From assembly GCA_965199955.1 (NCBI GenBank), contig CBDATQ010000001.1, positions 1,419,897 to 1,483,896 on the forward strand: a stretch of DNA of 64,000 nt. Reading direction: 5' to 3'. Each line of letters opens with the position of its first letter. Position 1 is the first letter of the stretch. Source of the DNA: Spirochaetia bacterium (GTDB lineage Bacteria > Spirochaetota > Spirochaetia > SZUA-6 > Bin103). Positions 44,965-55,399 of this stretch are shown one piece after another. Made by a program: the position numbers and the translations under genes. The notes under the pieces were generated by a model that saw nothing but the letters and a program-made list of their open reading frames with translations, made no database searches and was not told the origin of the DNA.

Positions 44965-45993
44965 ATGCTTGAGTCCGCGCGCGAATGGGCGCTGTTCCTG
45001 GCCAAGCGGGTCGGGATCCTCATCATCTCCCTGCTGGGCGTGTCGATGATCACCTTCGCGGTCACGCATGCCATCGGCAACCCCGTCTACCTGCTGGTCG
45101 GTCCCAGGCACAACCAGGAGATGCTCGACAACCTGACCCGCGAGCTGGGCCTGGACCGGCCGCTGTACGAGCGCTACGTCAACTACCTGGCCAACCTGGC
45201 CCGAGGCAACCTGGGCGTGTCCCGCTACTCCTACAACCCGGTGCTGACCGACATCCGCTCGCGGCTGCCGGCCACCCTGGAGCTGTCCACGTTCGCGCTG
45301 CTGCTCGGGGTGCTGTGGGCGGTGCCGGCCGGCGTGGTCGCCGGCATCCGCCGCCGCGGCGTGTTCGCCCGGTTGGCGGACGTGACCGCGCGCGGCGGCG
45401 TCTCCATGCCCGGGTTCTGGCTCGGGCTGCTTCTGATCTTCGTCTTCTTCGCGGAGCTGGGCTGGCTGCCGGCGCCGCTCGGCCGCCTGGACCGCGAGTT
45501 CGGCAAGCCGCCGTACGTCACCGGCTGGTACACGGTCGACTCGCTGCTGGCCGGCGACGCCGGCGCGTTCGTGTCCACCGTCCGCCACCTGATCCTGCCG
45601 GCGGTGACGCTGGCGCTCACCACCAGCCCCAGCACGCTGCAGATCACGCGCAACAAGATGCGGGAGGTGATGCAGAGCGACTTCATCCGCACCGCCAGGG
45701 CGTTCGGGATGCCGTCCTCGACGGTCTATCGCTATGCGCTGCGCAACATCCTGGGACCGGTGATCACCATGATCGCCATGACCTACGGCTATCTGCTGAG
45801 CGGCACCGTGCTGGTCGAGGTGGTGTTCACCTGGCCGGGGCTGGGGCTGTACGCGGTCGACGCCATGAACCACTCCGACTACGAGCCGATCATGGGCGTG
45901 GTGCTGCTGACCGCCGCCTTCTACCTGACGATCTACCTGGCCGCCGACGTCGTCAACGCCATGCTCGATCCGCGCGCGCGCAGCCGGGAGTGA
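44965..45993 (+). CDS. ABC permease (DppB/OppB-like)
   Basis: 342 aa, 6-TM permease with a conserved N-terminal amphipathic helix. Confidence 0.85.
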   Translation: MLESAREWALFLAKRVGILIISLLGVSMITFAVTHAIGNPVYLLVGPRHNQEMLDNLTRELGLDRPLYERYVNYLANLARGNLGVSRYSYNPVLTDIRSRLPATLELSTFALLLGVLWAVPAGVVAGIRRRGVFARLADVTARGGVSMPGFWLGLLLIFVFFAELGWLPAPLGRLDREFGKPPYVTGWYTVDSLLAGDAGAFVSTVRHLILPAVTLALTTSPSTLQITRNKMREVMQSDFIRTARAFGMPSSTVYRYALRNILGPVITMIAMTYGYLLSGTVLVEVVFTWPGLGLYAVDAMNHSDYEPIMGVVLLTAAFYLTIYLAADVVNAMLDPRARSRE

Positions 45994-45995
45994 GC

Positions 45996-46877
45996 ATGGG
46001 CGCCGCCGATCTCGCGTCCGCCGCCGTGGCCGACACCGCCCGGCCGGGCTTCTACCGGCGCCTGGAGAACGCCAACGGCGCCGCCCGGGTGCGGATCAAC
46101 CTCGCCCTGCTTTCGCTGCTGATCATGCTGGGCGCGGTCGCTCCGCTGCTGCCGCTGCAGGATCCGGTCGATCCGAATCCGCTCTCCCGGTTCGCGCCGC
46201 CGTCGCGGGAGCACTGGTTCGGCACCGACACCAATGGCATGGACGTGTTCTCCCGCACGATCCACGCGATTCGCGTCGACTTCTCGCTGGCGCTGAGCTC
46301 GGTGCTGTTGGGCATCCTGGTCGGCGTGCCGCTGGGCGCGCTGGCCGGCTACTTCGGGGGCCGTTTCGACACCGTGGTGACGCGGATCACGGAGGTGTTC
46401 CAGGGCTTTCCGCAGATCCTGTTCGGGATGGCGGTGCTGGCGGCCGCCGGCAACACGCTGGTGAACCTGGTGCTGATCATCGCGTTTTACAACGTTCCCG
46501 TGTACAGCAAGATGGTGCGCAGCGCCGCCGTGCCCCTGCGCGAGGCGGACTTCGTGCTGGCGGCGCGGGTGTTCGGCAACTCGCCGCTGTCGGTGGTGTT
46601 CCGGCACGTCATGCCCAACACGCTGGTGCCGGTGTTCTCGCAGCTTCCGCTGAGCTGCGCCTACGCCGTGCAGATGATCGCGGGCCTTAGCTTCGTCGGC
46701 CTGGGCGTCTCCATCCCGACGCCGGAGTGGGGCTCGATGATCCAGCTCGGCGCAAATCAGATGGTGTTCGGCAAGTGGTGGGCGTCGGTGTTCCCCGGAC
46801 TGGCGCTGTTCGGCTCGGTCTGGGTGCTCAACAACGTCAGCGACCTGCTCGGGTCGCTGGTGGTACGGCGGGCGTGA
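45996..46877 (+). CDS. ABC permease (DppC/OppC-like)
   Basis: 293 aa from MGAADLAS, multi-TM; the long upstream ORF in this frame is a shadow over the preceding permease. Confidence 0.85.
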   Translation: MGAADLASAAVADTARPGFYRRLENANGAARVRINLALLSLLIMLGAVAPLLPLQDPVDPNPLSRFAPPSREHWFGTDTNGMDVFSRTIHAIRVDFSLALSSVLLGILVGVPLGALAGYFGGRFDTVVTRITEVFQGFPQILFGMAVLAAAGNTLVNLVLIIAFYNVPVYSKMVRSAAVPLREADFVLAARVFGNSPLSVVFRHVMPNTLVPVFSQLPLSCAYAVQMIAGLSFVGLGVSIPTPEWGSMIQLGANQMVFGKWWASVFPGLALFGSVWVLNNVSDLLGSLVVRRA

Positions 46878-46881
46878 CGCC

Positions 46882-47841
46882 GTGGCCCTGCTGTCGATCC
46901 GCGACCTGGCCGTGGAATTCCTGGTCGACCGGCAGACCATTCACGCCCTGCGCGGCGTGACCATGAGCCTCGAAGAGGGGTCGCGCACGGCGGTCGTCGG
47001 CGAGAGCGGCTCGGGCAAGACCGTGACCGCGCTCAGCGTTCTGCGGCTCCTCCCGCCAACCGCGCGGATAACTTCCGGGCAGATCGATTTCGCCGGCCGG
47101 GACCTGACCTCACTGGACGATGCGCGGCTGGGCGAGATCCGCGGCTCGCAGGTGGCGATGATCTTCCAGCACGCCGCGGCGGCACTCAATCCGCTCTGGC
47201 CGGTCGGCCGCCAGATCGCGGACGTCTATCGCCGCCACCGGGGAGGAGCGCGGCGCGAAGCGTGGCAGCGCGCGGTCGAGGTGCTGGCCGCCACGGGCAT
47301 CCCCGACGCGGCCGCGCGTGCGCGGGACTATCCGCACCAGTTCTCGGGCGGCATGGCGCAGCGGGTGATGATCGCGATGGCGCTGGTGTGCTCGCCGAAG
47401 TTGCTAATCGCCGACGAGCCCACCACCGGGCTCGACCTGACCATCCAGGTGCAGGTGCTCGATCTGATAGCCGAGGTGGTCGAGCGGCTGGGCGCGACGC
47501 TGATGCTCATCTCGCACGACCTGGCGATCGTCGGAGCGCTCTGCGACCACGTGGTGGTGATGTACGCGGGCGAGGTGATGGAGAGCGGCACCACCGCGCA
47601 GGTGCTCGAAGAGTCGGCCAATCCGTACACGGAAGGGTTGCTGGCGTGCTTCGCCGAGGCAGAGGGCGGAGACATGCCGTCCATCCCCGGACGCGCACCC
47701 GACATGCGCCGGCCGCTGCCGGGCTGCGGATTCGCCGAGCGCTGCGCGCATGCCGGCGCCATCTGCCGACGGCATCCGGCGCCGGTGGTCGAGGTCGCGG
47801 CCGGGCATCTCTCGCGGTGCCACTTCGCCGGGGAGCGGTAG
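46882..47841 (+). CDS. ABC ATPase (DppD/OppD-like) with C-terminal oligopeptide-transporter extension
   Basis: GTG start; Walker A GESGSGKT, signature FSGGMAQRV, Walker B LIADEPTTGLD; C-terminal Cys-rich tail. Confidence 0.85.
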   Translation: MALLSIRDLAVEFLVDRQTIHALRGVTMSLEEGSRTAVVGESGSGKTVTALSVLRLLPPTARITSGQIDFAGRDLTSLDDARLGEIRGSQVAMIFQHAAAALNPLWPVGRQIADVYRRHRGGARREAWQRAVEVLAATGIPDAAARARDYPHQFSGGMAQRVMIAMALVCSPKLLIADEPTTGLDLTIQVQVLDLIAEVVERLGATLMLISHDLAIVGALCDHVVVMYAGEVMESGTTAQVLEESANPYTEGLLACFAEAEGGDMPSIPGRAPDMRRPLPGCGFAERCAHAGAICRRHPAPVVEVAAGHLSRCHFAGER

Positions 47842-47948
47842 CGCCCCAAACCCGTCGCCTCCGGCTCCGCGTTTGGCCCATCCCTGCCTTCCGGTTCGGA
47901 TTCTGTCGGCTTCCCGCTTGAGCGGCAATCCGCCAGAATCCTCGCGGC

Positions 47949-48929
47949 GTGGACGACCAGCCGCTGCTCCGTGTCGAGCGCTCGGTGAAGCGCTACGCGC
48001 TGCGCCGGCGCGGTCTGCGCCGCTCGCACGTGGCGGCCCTGGACGGCGTGTCGGTCGCGGTGCGGCGAGGCGAGTGCGTGGGCCTGGTCGGGGAATCGGG
48101 TTCCGGCAAGTCGACGCTGGGCCGCTGCGTGCTCAACCTCACGCCTCTGGATGCGGGCCGCATCGTGTTTCAGGGGAAGGAGATCCAGGCGCTGGGAGAA
48201 CGCGAGTGGCGGCCGTTGCGCCGGCAGTTGCAGATGGTGTTTCAGAACCCGCTGACCTCGTTCAACCCCATGATGACCATCGAGCAGTCACTGCAGGACG
48301 CGTTGCGCCACACCGCCGGCATGGAGGCCGCGGCGCGGCGCAGCCACGCGCGGGTATTGCTGGAGCAGGTGCAGCTCGATCAGCGGTTCGCGGCGCTCTA
48401 TCCGTACGAGCTCTCCGGCGGTCAGTTGCAGCGCGCCGCCATCGCGCGGGCGCTGGCGCCGGGGCCCGACTTCCTGTTCCTGGACGAGCCGACGGCCGCC
48501 CTGGACATGTCGATCAAGGGGCAGATCGTGAATCTGCTCCGCGAGCTGCAGCGCCGCCACGAGCGGGCGCTCATCTTCGTGTCGCACGACCTGCGGGCGG
48601 TACGCTACGTGGCCGACCGCATCTGCGTGATGTACCAGGGTCAGGTCGTGGAGCAGGGCAGCCGCGCTGCCGTATTCCACCGGCCGCGGCATCCGTACAC
48701 CCGAGCCCTGCTGGCCGCGACGCTGATCGGGCGCGGCGCGCGCGCCGCGTCGACCGCGCCGGGCGGTGACAACGAGCCCACGGAGCGGTTACCGGAGGGA
48801 TGCCGGCTGGTCGGACGCTGTCCGTTCGCCCAGGAATGCTGCCGGCGGGAGCCGCAGGAGTTGCGCCCGATCGCGCCGGGCCACGAGGTTCGCTGCTGGC
48901 GCTCGGAGGAGCTCCCCGCGGCCGGCTGA
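47949..48929 (+). CDS. ABC ATPase (DppF/OppF-like)
   Basis: Walker A GESGSGKST, signature LSGGQLQRAAIARAL, Walker B LFLDEPTAALD. Confidence 0.85.
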   Translation: MDDQPLLRVERSVKRYALRRRGLRRSHVAALDGVSVAVRRGECVGLVGESGSGKSTLGRCVLNLTPLDAGRIVFQGKEIQALGEREWRPLRRQLQMVFQNPLTSFNPMMTIEQSLQDALRHTAGMEAAARRSHARVLLEQVQLDQRFAALYPYELSGGQLQRAAIARALAPGPDFLFLDEPTAALDMSIKGQIVNLLRELQRRHERALIFVSHDLRAVRYVADRICVMYQGQVVEQGSRAAVFHRPRHPYTRALLAATLIGRGARAASTAPGGDNEPTERLPEGCRLVGRCPFAQECCRREPQELRPIAPGHEVRCWRSEELPAAG

Positions 48930-48939
48930 GCCGACGTGC

Positions 48940-49109
48940 TGGCCGATATCACGCGGGAGGTGTACGAAGCGCCAGCAGGGTCGTTTGCTGCAGGCCACAA
49001 GGCACTGGAGTCGCTCGTCCTGACCCGCTCCGCGATCGAGTTCAAACGCGGCGTGTCGCATGAATTTGCGAGACTCGTATACGACGGCATGTGGTTCACC
49101 TCGCATTGA
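48940..49109 (+). pseudogene. argininosuccinate synthase (ArgG) internal fragment, about 50 aa, gene remnant
   Basis: in-frame peptide EVYEAPAGSFAAGHKALESLVLTRSAIEFKRGVSHEFARLVYDGMWFTSH* matches the conserved ArgG block (GIYETPGGTIL..AHRALESLTLDRE....AELVYNGLWFSP); no flanking remainder of the gene. Confidence 0.4.
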
Positions 49110-49501
49110 GGAGGCGCGGACGAGCTCGATCGAGCCGGAAGTACCGACAGGTCGCTCCTCGCTGCTGCCCTCGTCGCCAACCCTGGTGTGAAGTTGCCCG
49201 GTGCGTCGCCGGAGCGCTGATACGCGACGGCAAGGTGCTGCTCGTCAAGAGGTCGTTTCAAGTCCGCCAATACCCGGGCGTGTGGGATCTGATGGGAGGG
49301 CACGTCGAGGGAGACGAGTCCCTGGAGGACGCGTTGCGCCGCGACGCGTTCGAAGAGCTGCGGGTAGCAAGCGAGTCCTCCCAGCCACTGGGGACCATCC
49401 ATGATCCGGTTGAACCGGCTGAAGTCAGCGTCTATGTCGTGTCCCGCTGGAGCGGCGAACCCGTGAACGCCTCTCCCGACGAACACAGTGAGATACGCTG
49501 A
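49091..49501 (+). pseudogene. NUDIX hydrolase domain, apparently truncated
   Basis: Nudix box GGHVEGDESLEDALRRDAFEELRV is present. The protein stops right after EHSEIR, where NUDIX proteins usually continue RW.... The N-terminal 38 codons are Arg-rich and overlap the argG remnant, and there is no plausible start near VAGALIRDGKVLLVKR. Confidence 0.4.
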
Positions 49502-49664
49502 TAAACGGTCCGACGAGCGATTCGCAGCAGTCGATGTCCGATTCGAGGACATGAACAAGCGCTTCGATTCAATGCGGTGGCTGTTGGCGGTGCGTTCGTC
49601 GTGATCGGGGTCCTGATGACCGTCTTCGAGTTCATTACCTGACGCGCGGGAACCGCGCCCCGGC

Positions 49665-51311
49665 TCACGGCTGGACGGTCAGGGTCTGGTTCGGCGCCAG
49701 GTCGCGCAGCGCGGTCCGAGTGCCGTCCGGCCAGTCGACGATCAGCTCATCCACGCTCGCCGCCGAGCCCAGACCGAAGTGCGCGGACAGCTCGGAGGCG
49801 CCGAAGAAGCCGCCGGCCCCGACCGGGGCGCGCTGTGTACGGCCGCCGGCAACCACCGTCACGACCGCGCCCCAGCCGTGCGGGGCCAGTCCCGAGCCGT
49901 GCGGCGTCTCCAGGAACACGCGCAGCCAGCCGGCGTCCCCGGCGCCGCTCGGGCCGTCCGGCCCACCCAGGTCGTTGCGGAACAGGGACGGCCGCGCGTC
50001 GAAGTTGAAGATGACGATGTCGCGGTCGCCGTCGTCGTCGTAGTCCAGCGTGATCAGCGCGCGGCCCTGCAGGCGGTGCCGCAGCCCCACGGCGGCGGCG
50101 TCGACCGGCTCGAACGCCGGCACGCCTTCCGCATCGGCGCCGGTGTTGCGGAACAGGAACGTCGGCTGCTCCTCCCATTCGTAGAGATCGGCTCCGTTCG
50201 GCGTGATCCAGCCGGTGGTGGTGACCAGGTCGCGCAGCCCGTCGTGGTCCAGGTCGACCGCCTCCACGCCCCAGCCCCAGCCGGCGTCGCGCACCTGCGC
50301 GGGGCGGGCCACCTCGTCGAAGCGGTCGCCGCCGGTGTTCAGGTAGAGCATGTTGCCGGTGCCCGGCGTGCGGTCGATCGGCCAGCGCGTGGAGACGCTG
50401 GTGACGTACCAGTCCAGGCGGCCGTCGCCGTTCAGGTCGGCCACGGCCGAGCCCATGCCGTTCGCCTCGCGGCCGGTCCGGGAGGAGATGGTCCGGTCGG
50501 TGAAGGTGCCGTCGCCCTCGTTGCGGTAGTAGCGGCTCGTGCCGAAGTCGGCGGCCACGATCAGCTCCGGGTAGCGGTCGCCGTTGAGGTCCACGAACTG
50601 TGCGGCAAAGGCCAGCACCAGGTCGTCGGCGACGCCGGCGCGCGCGCCCACCTCCGTGAAGCCGCCGTCGCCGTCGTTGCGGAACAGCACGTTGCCGCGG
50701 ATGCCGGACGCCCAGTTGCCCACGAACAGGTCCAGGTCGCCGTCCAGGTCGTAGTCCCCGAAGGCGGCGGCCATGCCGCCGGCGCCGCGGTCGAGGCGGC
50801 CGTCCGGGTCGCGATACGGCGCGCAGCAGGTGAAGGTGCCGTCGCCCTTGCCGCGGTATAGCAGCAGGTGCCCGGGCGGCGGCAACCCCGGCTCCTCCGG
50901 GCCGGCCGAGGGGATGAACAGGTCCAGCGCGCCGTCGCCGTCGAAGTCGGCGGCTGCCGCGCCGTGCGCGCGGTGCACGCGCGCCAGTCCGGCGGGGACG
51001 GCCCGATCGATGAAGGTGCCGTCGCGCCGGTTGATGAACAGGCGATCGCGGGCGCCGCCGCCGGTGGCATAGAAGAGGTCCTGGACGCCGTCGCCGTCGA
51101 AGTCGGCGGCCACACCCCCGGGGGCGTGGGGCGGCGCGGAGAACGCGCCCGGATGCTCCCGGCCCAGGCCGGCCCGCACGCCCACCTCGCTGAACTGCAG
51201 CGGCGGCGTGGCAAACACGGCCGGGGCGCCCGCGAGAACCGCGCAAAGCGCGCCGGCGATCGTGATCCCGATCCAGGGCCAGTGGCGGTGGCGGGCGCCT
51301 GGCTCGATCAA
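49665..51311 (-). CDS. secreted FG-GAP / VCBS repeat protein with C-terminal ASPIC/UnbV-like region (CRTAC1-like)
   Basis: repeated DxDGDGxxD calcium-loop/FG-GAP motifs; signal-peptide-like WPWIGITIAGALCAVLAGAPAVFA; TTG start overlaps the stop of the upstream dehydrogenase (TTGA). Confidence 0.7.
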   Translation of the reverse strand: MIEPGARHRHWPWIGITIAGALCAVLAGAPAVFATPPLQFSEVGVRAGLGREHPGAFSAPPHAPGGVAADFDGDGVQDLFYATGGGARDRLFINRRDGTFIDRAVPAGLARVHRAHGAAAADFDGDGALDLFIPSAGPEEPGLPPPGHLLLYRGKGDGTFTCCAPYRDPDGRLDRGAGGMAAAFGDYDLDGDLDLFVGNWASGIRGNVLFRNDGDGGFTEVGARAGVADDLVLAFAAQFVDLNGDRYPELIVAADFGTSRYYRNEGDGTFTDRTISSRTGREANGMGSAVADLNGDGRLDWYVTSVSTRWPIDRTPGTGNMLYLNTGGDRFDEVARPAQVRDAGWGWGVEAVDLDHDGLRDLVTTTGWITPNGADLYEWEEQPTFLFRNTGADAEGVPAFEPVDAAAVGLRHRLQGRALITLDYDDDGDRDIVIFNFDARPSLFRNDLGGPDGPSGAGDAGWLRVFLETPHGSGLAPHGWGAVVTVVAGGRTQRAPVGAGGFFGASELSAHFGLGSAASVDELIVDWPDGTRTALRDLAPNQTLTVQP

Positions 51312-52360
51312 CTCGGCACCGCCCCCAGCTCCTGCTCCAGGCGGCCCAGCACCGCATCGCCGACCGCCGTGGTGGTGGCGTGCCCCTGCAGGTCCGGCGT
51401 ATGGGGACCCGCGGCCAGCACCGCCTGCACGGCGCGCTCGATGGCCACGGCGGGGCGGGGACGCCCCAGCGCGTCCAGCAGCATGGCGGCGGCCCGGCAC
51501 GCCGCCAGCGGGTTGGCGCGGCCGGTGCCGGTCAGATCGGGGGCGCTGCCGTGCACGGGCTCGGCGATCAGGGTGCCTGCGCCGGCGTTCGCCCCGGCCA
51601 CCAGCCCCAGGCCGCCGACCAGCGCGGCGCCGGCGTCACTGATGATGTCCCCGTACAGGTTGGGGGCCAGGATCACGTCATACGACTCCGGCTCACGGAT
51701 CAGCCGGTAGAGGTGCGAGTCGACGAGCTGTTCGTCGACGGCTACCTCCGGAAACTCGCGAGCGACGGCGAGAGCCGTCTCGCGGAACAGCCCGTCGGTC
51801 AGCCGCAACACGTTGGCCTTGTGCACGATCGTCACCCGCCCCGCCCCGCCCCGCACCCGCGCGCGATCGGCGGCGTGCCGGAACGCGGCCCGGGCGATCC
51901 GCTTGGTCGCCCGGCGGGAGATCACGCGTTCGGCTACGGCTACGGTCTCTGGCTGCTCCCACCGCTCGCGCCCGGCGTAGAGCCCTTCGGTGTTCTCCCT
52001 GACGACCAGGATGTCGACCCCGGCAACGCTGCCGGCGACCGGTGCCGACAGCAAAGGCCGAAGGTTGGCGTAGAGGTCCAGCTCCTGCCGCAGGGCGACC
52101 ACCGGGCTGCGATAGCCGTCGACGCGTTCCGAGGGGGAGCTGACCGCGCCGAGCAACGCGCCCGCACAGCCGGCCAGAGCGGTCCGGGTGGCATCCGGCA
52201 GAGCATCTCCGTGCCGCTCGAACGCCGACCAGCCTACCTCCAGCTCGACCAGGTCGATCCCGCCGACGGCCTCCAGGAGCCGCGAGGCCTGGGCGGTCAC
52301 CTCCGGCCCGATCCCGTCGCCGGGCAGCAGCGCCACCCGCGCGGGCCCGCCGTCGCTCAT
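51308..52360 (-). CDS. isocitrate/isopropylmalate dehydrogenase family (homoisocitrate or 3-isopropylmalate dehydrogenase)
   Basis: 350 aa from [21 protein letters not shown]; NLYGDIISD motif; ATG overlaps the stop of the upstream small subunit (ATGA). Confidence 0.85.
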   Translation of the reverse strand: MSDGGPARVALLPGDGIGPEVTAQASRLLEAVGGIDLVELEVGWSAFERHGDALPDATRTALAGCAGALLGAVSSPSERVDGYRSPVVALRQELDLYANLRPLLSAPVAGSVAGVDILVVRENTEGLYAGRERWEQPETVAVAERVISRRATKRIARAAFRHAADRARVRGGAGRVTIVHKANVLRLTDGLFRETALAVAREFPEVAVDEQLVDSHLYRLIREPESYDVILAPNLYGDIISDAGAALVGGLGLVAGANAGAGTLIAEPVHGSAPDLTGTGRANPLAACRAAAMLLDALGRPRPAVAIERAVQAVLAAGPHTPDLQGHATTTAVGDAVLGRLEQELGAVPS

Positions 52361-52845
52361 CGGGCGAGCCGGGCGCGCACGAACGGAATGAGGCCGCCGA
52401 CGTCCAGGATCCGCTGCACGCCCTCGCTGAATGGCGGGAACCGGTAGCACGCGGTTCCGCTGCGGATGATCGACTCCTCGACCAGCACCTCCGCGCTCTC
52501 GCCGCCGGCGACCGCGGCCACCGCTTCCGGGCAGACGACGGCGGGCAGCCCGTTGTTGATGCAGTTGCGATAAAAGATCCGCGCGAAGCTCACGGCAACG
52601 ACGGCGGCGATGCCGTTGGCCACCAGGCAGGTGACCGCCTGTTCGCGGCTGGACCCGCACCCGAAGTTCCGGCCGGCGAGGATCACGTCCCCCGTCCGGA
52701 CCTGGCGGGCGAAGTCGGGGTCGAGATCCTCCAGGGCGTGAGACTTGATCTCGTCGACCGACCGGAGCGTGTAGGTGTACTTCCCGGGGAAGATGACGTC
52801 CGTGTTGACGTCATCGCCGTACTTCCAGACCCGGCCTGCCGCCAC
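52357..52845 (-). CDS. 3-isopropylmalate/homoaconitate dehydratase small subunit, short (archaeal/LysU-type) form
   Basis: 162 aa, LeuD-like GSSRE motif ([10 protein letters not shown]). Confidence 0.85.
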   Translation of the reverse strand: MAAGRVWKYGDDVNTDVIFPGKYTYTLRSVDEIKSHALEDLDPDFARQVRTGDVILAGRNFGCGSSREQAVTCLVANGIAAVVAVSFARIFYRNCINNGLPAVVCPEAVAAVAGGESAEVLVEESIIRSGTACYRFPPFSEGVQRILDVGGLIPFVRARLAR

Positions 52846-52846
52846 G

Positions 52847-54142
52847 TCAGTCGGCGCCCACCGCGTCGGGCGCGCAGATCCGGCCGGCCACGGCGCTGGC
52901 GGCGACCACGGCCGGCGAGCCCAGGTAGATCTCGGCGTCCGGGGTGCCCATCCTGCCCCGGAAGTTCCGGTTGCCGCTCGAGATGCACACCTCGCCGGGC
53001 GCCAGCACGCCGAGGTGGTTGCCCATGCACGGTCCGCACCCCGGCGTCCCGAAGACGGCGCCGGCGGCCATCAGATCCGACGCCAAGCCGGCGCGCACGG
53101 CGTCCTCCAGCACGCGGCTCGACGCCGGCACGATGAGCAGCCGCGTGCCGGCGGCGATCCTGCGGCCGCGCAGGACGCGGTGGACGGCCTGCAGGTCCTC
53201 CAGCCTGCCGTTGGTGCAGGTGCCGATGAAGGCCTGGTCGACCCGCACGGCGCCGAGCTCGTCGACGGCCACGACGTCGTCCACCCGGTGCGGGCGCGCC
53301 ACCATCGGCCGCAGATCCGACGCGTCGACCACCACGCGCATCGCATAGACCGCGTCGGGATCGGGATACAGCGCCGTCCGCCCTAACTCCTCGGGGCTCC
53401 GGCCACTCGCCGCCGCCAGGAAGTCGAAAACCGGCCGATCCGGCGGCAGGTACGTACACTTGACGCCCATCTCCGCCATCATGTTGGCAAGGCTCGTCCG
53501 CGACTCGAGGCTCAACGTGGCGAGTCCGTCGCCGACGAACTCCACGCTGCGGTAGAGTCCGCCGTCCGCTCCCAGCCGCGACAGCAGGTGCAGGGCGATG
53601 TCCTTGCCGGTGACCGAGGGCGGCACCGGGCCGTCGATCGTCACCTGCAGCGACTCCGGCACGCGCAGCCACAGTTCCCCGGTGGCCCACAAGCACGCCA
53701 CCTCGCTTCGCCCGACTCCCGCGCCGAAGGCCCCCATCCATCCGAAGTGCGGCGTGTGGCTGTCGGCGCCCAGGATGAGCTGGCCGGGCAGCACGAGCGC
53801 CTCCTCGCTCAGCACCTGGTGGCAGATGCCGCGCCCCACCTCGAAGAAGTGCCGGACGCCCTGCTCGCGGACGAACCGGCGCACCTCCGCGTGGTTACGC
53901 GCGTGCGCGGTGCTGGGCGCGGGCACCGCGTGGTCCAGCGTGATCGCCATCCGCTCCGGGATGACCACGCGTTCCTGTCCGAGCTCCATCCAGATCTTGC
54001 GGATGGCGGCGGTGTTGTCGTGGCTCAGCACCACGTCCGGCCGCGTATCCACGACCTGCCCGACCTCCACCGAGCCGGCGCCGGCCGCGCGCGCGAGTGC
54101 CTTTTGCGCGAATGTCTGGGCGGACTTCTGCACGCCGCTCAT
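52847..54142 (-). CDS. 3-isopropylmalate/homoaconitate dehydratase large subunit, short (archaeal/LysT-type) form
   Basis: 431 aa aconitase-family protein with Fe-S ligand context ([17 protein letters not shown]). Confidence 0.85.
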   Translation of the reverse strand: MSGVQKSAQTFAQKALARAAGAGSVEVGQVVDTRPDVVLSHDNTAAIRKIWMELGQERVVIPERMAITLDHAVPAPSTAHARNHAEVRRFVREQGVRHFFEVGRGICHQVLSEEALVLPGQLILGADSHTPHFGWMGAFGAGVGRSEVACLWATGELWLRVPESLQVTIDGPVPPSVTGKDIALHLLSRLGADGGLYRSVEFVGDGLATLSLESRTSLANMMAEMGVKCTYLPPDRPVFDFLAAASGRSPEELGRTALYPDPDAVYAMRVVVDASDLRPMVARPHRVDDVVAVDELGAVRVDQAFIGTCTNGRLEDLQAVHRVLRGRRIAAGTRLLIVPASSRVLEDAVRAGLASDLMAAGAVFGTPGCGPCMGNHLGVLAPGEVCISSGNRNFRGRMGTPDAEIYLGSPAVVAASAVAGRICAPDAVGAD

Positions 54143-55287
54143 GGCTCCCCGCCGTCCTCCACGCCCTGTGCGGCCCGCAGGAGCGCATCGACGTCGTCCA
54201 GGCTCAGCGGCTTGTCGTCCGCCATGCGCTTGATCCGCGACGTCAGGCTGCGGATCTGGTCGTCGCCGAGATCGAGCTGGAGCTGCTGCGCCCGGTGCTT
54301 GATCGCGTTCCAGCCGGTGAGGCGGTGCGCCACGTGGATGTACCGGTCCATGCCGAAGTCGCCGGGATCGAGGATCTCGTACGTGCTGGGATTATTGAGC
54401 ATCGCCTTGGCGTGGATACCTGCCTTGTGCATGAACGCCGCGTAGCCGGTGATGTAGTTGTTGAACGGCACGTCGATGCCGACCAGGTCGGCGACGAGGT
54501 TCTCCACGCGCCGGAGCACCGGCAGGCGGTAGCGGGTGCGCACCAGGTCCGCGTCATGGGCGTACATACGGGCCAGGAATCCACCGAGCGGCGTGATCCC
54601 GTTGCGCTCGCCGATGCCCAGCACGGAGGCGTCGACGTGCGTCGCCCCGGCCGCCAGCGCCGCGTAGGCGTTGGCGACCGCGCAGCCGGTGTCGTTGTGG
54701 CCGTGGAACTCGATGTTGCAGGTGACGATGCCGCGCAGGGTGCGCACGACCTCGTGCACGCGCAGCGGGTCCGCCACGCCCACCGAGTCGGCGATGCCGA
54801 CGCGCGACACGCCGACCTTGTCCACCTCGCGGTAGATGGTGAGCAGGTCGATCAGGTCGCTGCGGAAGCTGTCCTCGCTGGAGAACCTGACCTCAAGGCC
54901 GTGGCCCTTGATGAACTCGATCACCTCGACGGCCGCCTCGATGATTTCGCCGATGTCGCGGCCGTGGGAGAACTGGCGGAGCAGGCTGGAGGTCCCGAAC
55001 AGGACGTCCAGGCCGTCGACGCCGGTCTCCACGGCGAGCCGGGCGTCGTCCATGTGGCAGCGGGTGTGGGTGAGCACCTTCGCCTTCAGGCCGAGCCCGG
55101 TGATGCGCTCGCAGTCGCGCCGGGAGCCGGGGCTGGCGGCGGGCGAGGTCAGCTCCAGGTACTCGACGCCCAGCTCGTCCAGGAGGGTGGCGATCTCCAC
55201 CTTGTCGTCCGTCGTGAAGAACGCGTTGGCGAACTGCTCGCCCTCGCGCAGGGTCGACTCGATGATCGCGAAGTTGTCCAGGCTCAT
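54139..55287 (-). CDS. homocitrate synthase / short-form 2-isopropylmalate (citramalate) synthase (LeuA/NifV family without regulatory domain)
   Basis: 382 aa from [19 protein letters not shown] (the ESTLREGEQ block); DRE-TIM barrel motifs [13 protein letters not shown]; stop overlaps the start of the downstream large subunit. Confidence 0.8.
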   Translation of the reverse strand: MSLDNFAIIESTLREGEQFANAFFTTDDKVEIATLLDELGVEYLELTSPAASPGSRRDCERITGLGLKAKVLTHTRCHMDDARLAVETGVDGLDVLFGTSSLLRQFSHGRDIGEIIEAAVEVIEFIKGHGLEVRFSSEDSFRSDLIDLLTIYREVDKVGVSRVGIADSVGVADPLRVHEVVRTLRGIVTCNIEFHGHNDTGCAVANAYAALAAGATHVDASVLGIGERNGITPLGGFLARMYAHDADLVRTRYRLPVLRRVENLVADLVGIDVPFNNYITGYAAFMHKAGIHAKAMLNNPSTYEILDPGDFGMDRYIHVAHRLTGWNAIKHRAQQLQLDLGDDQIRSLTSRIKRMADDKPLSLDDVDALLRAAQGVEDGGEP

Positions 55288-55399
55288 GGTGACGGGCGTC
55301 CGGCAACCGGCGGCAACCCCATCACGGTGGCACGGGCCGCAGGCCCCCGATACGATGCGCCCGACGATAGCATGCGACGATGATTCGCAGGAGGAGCCG

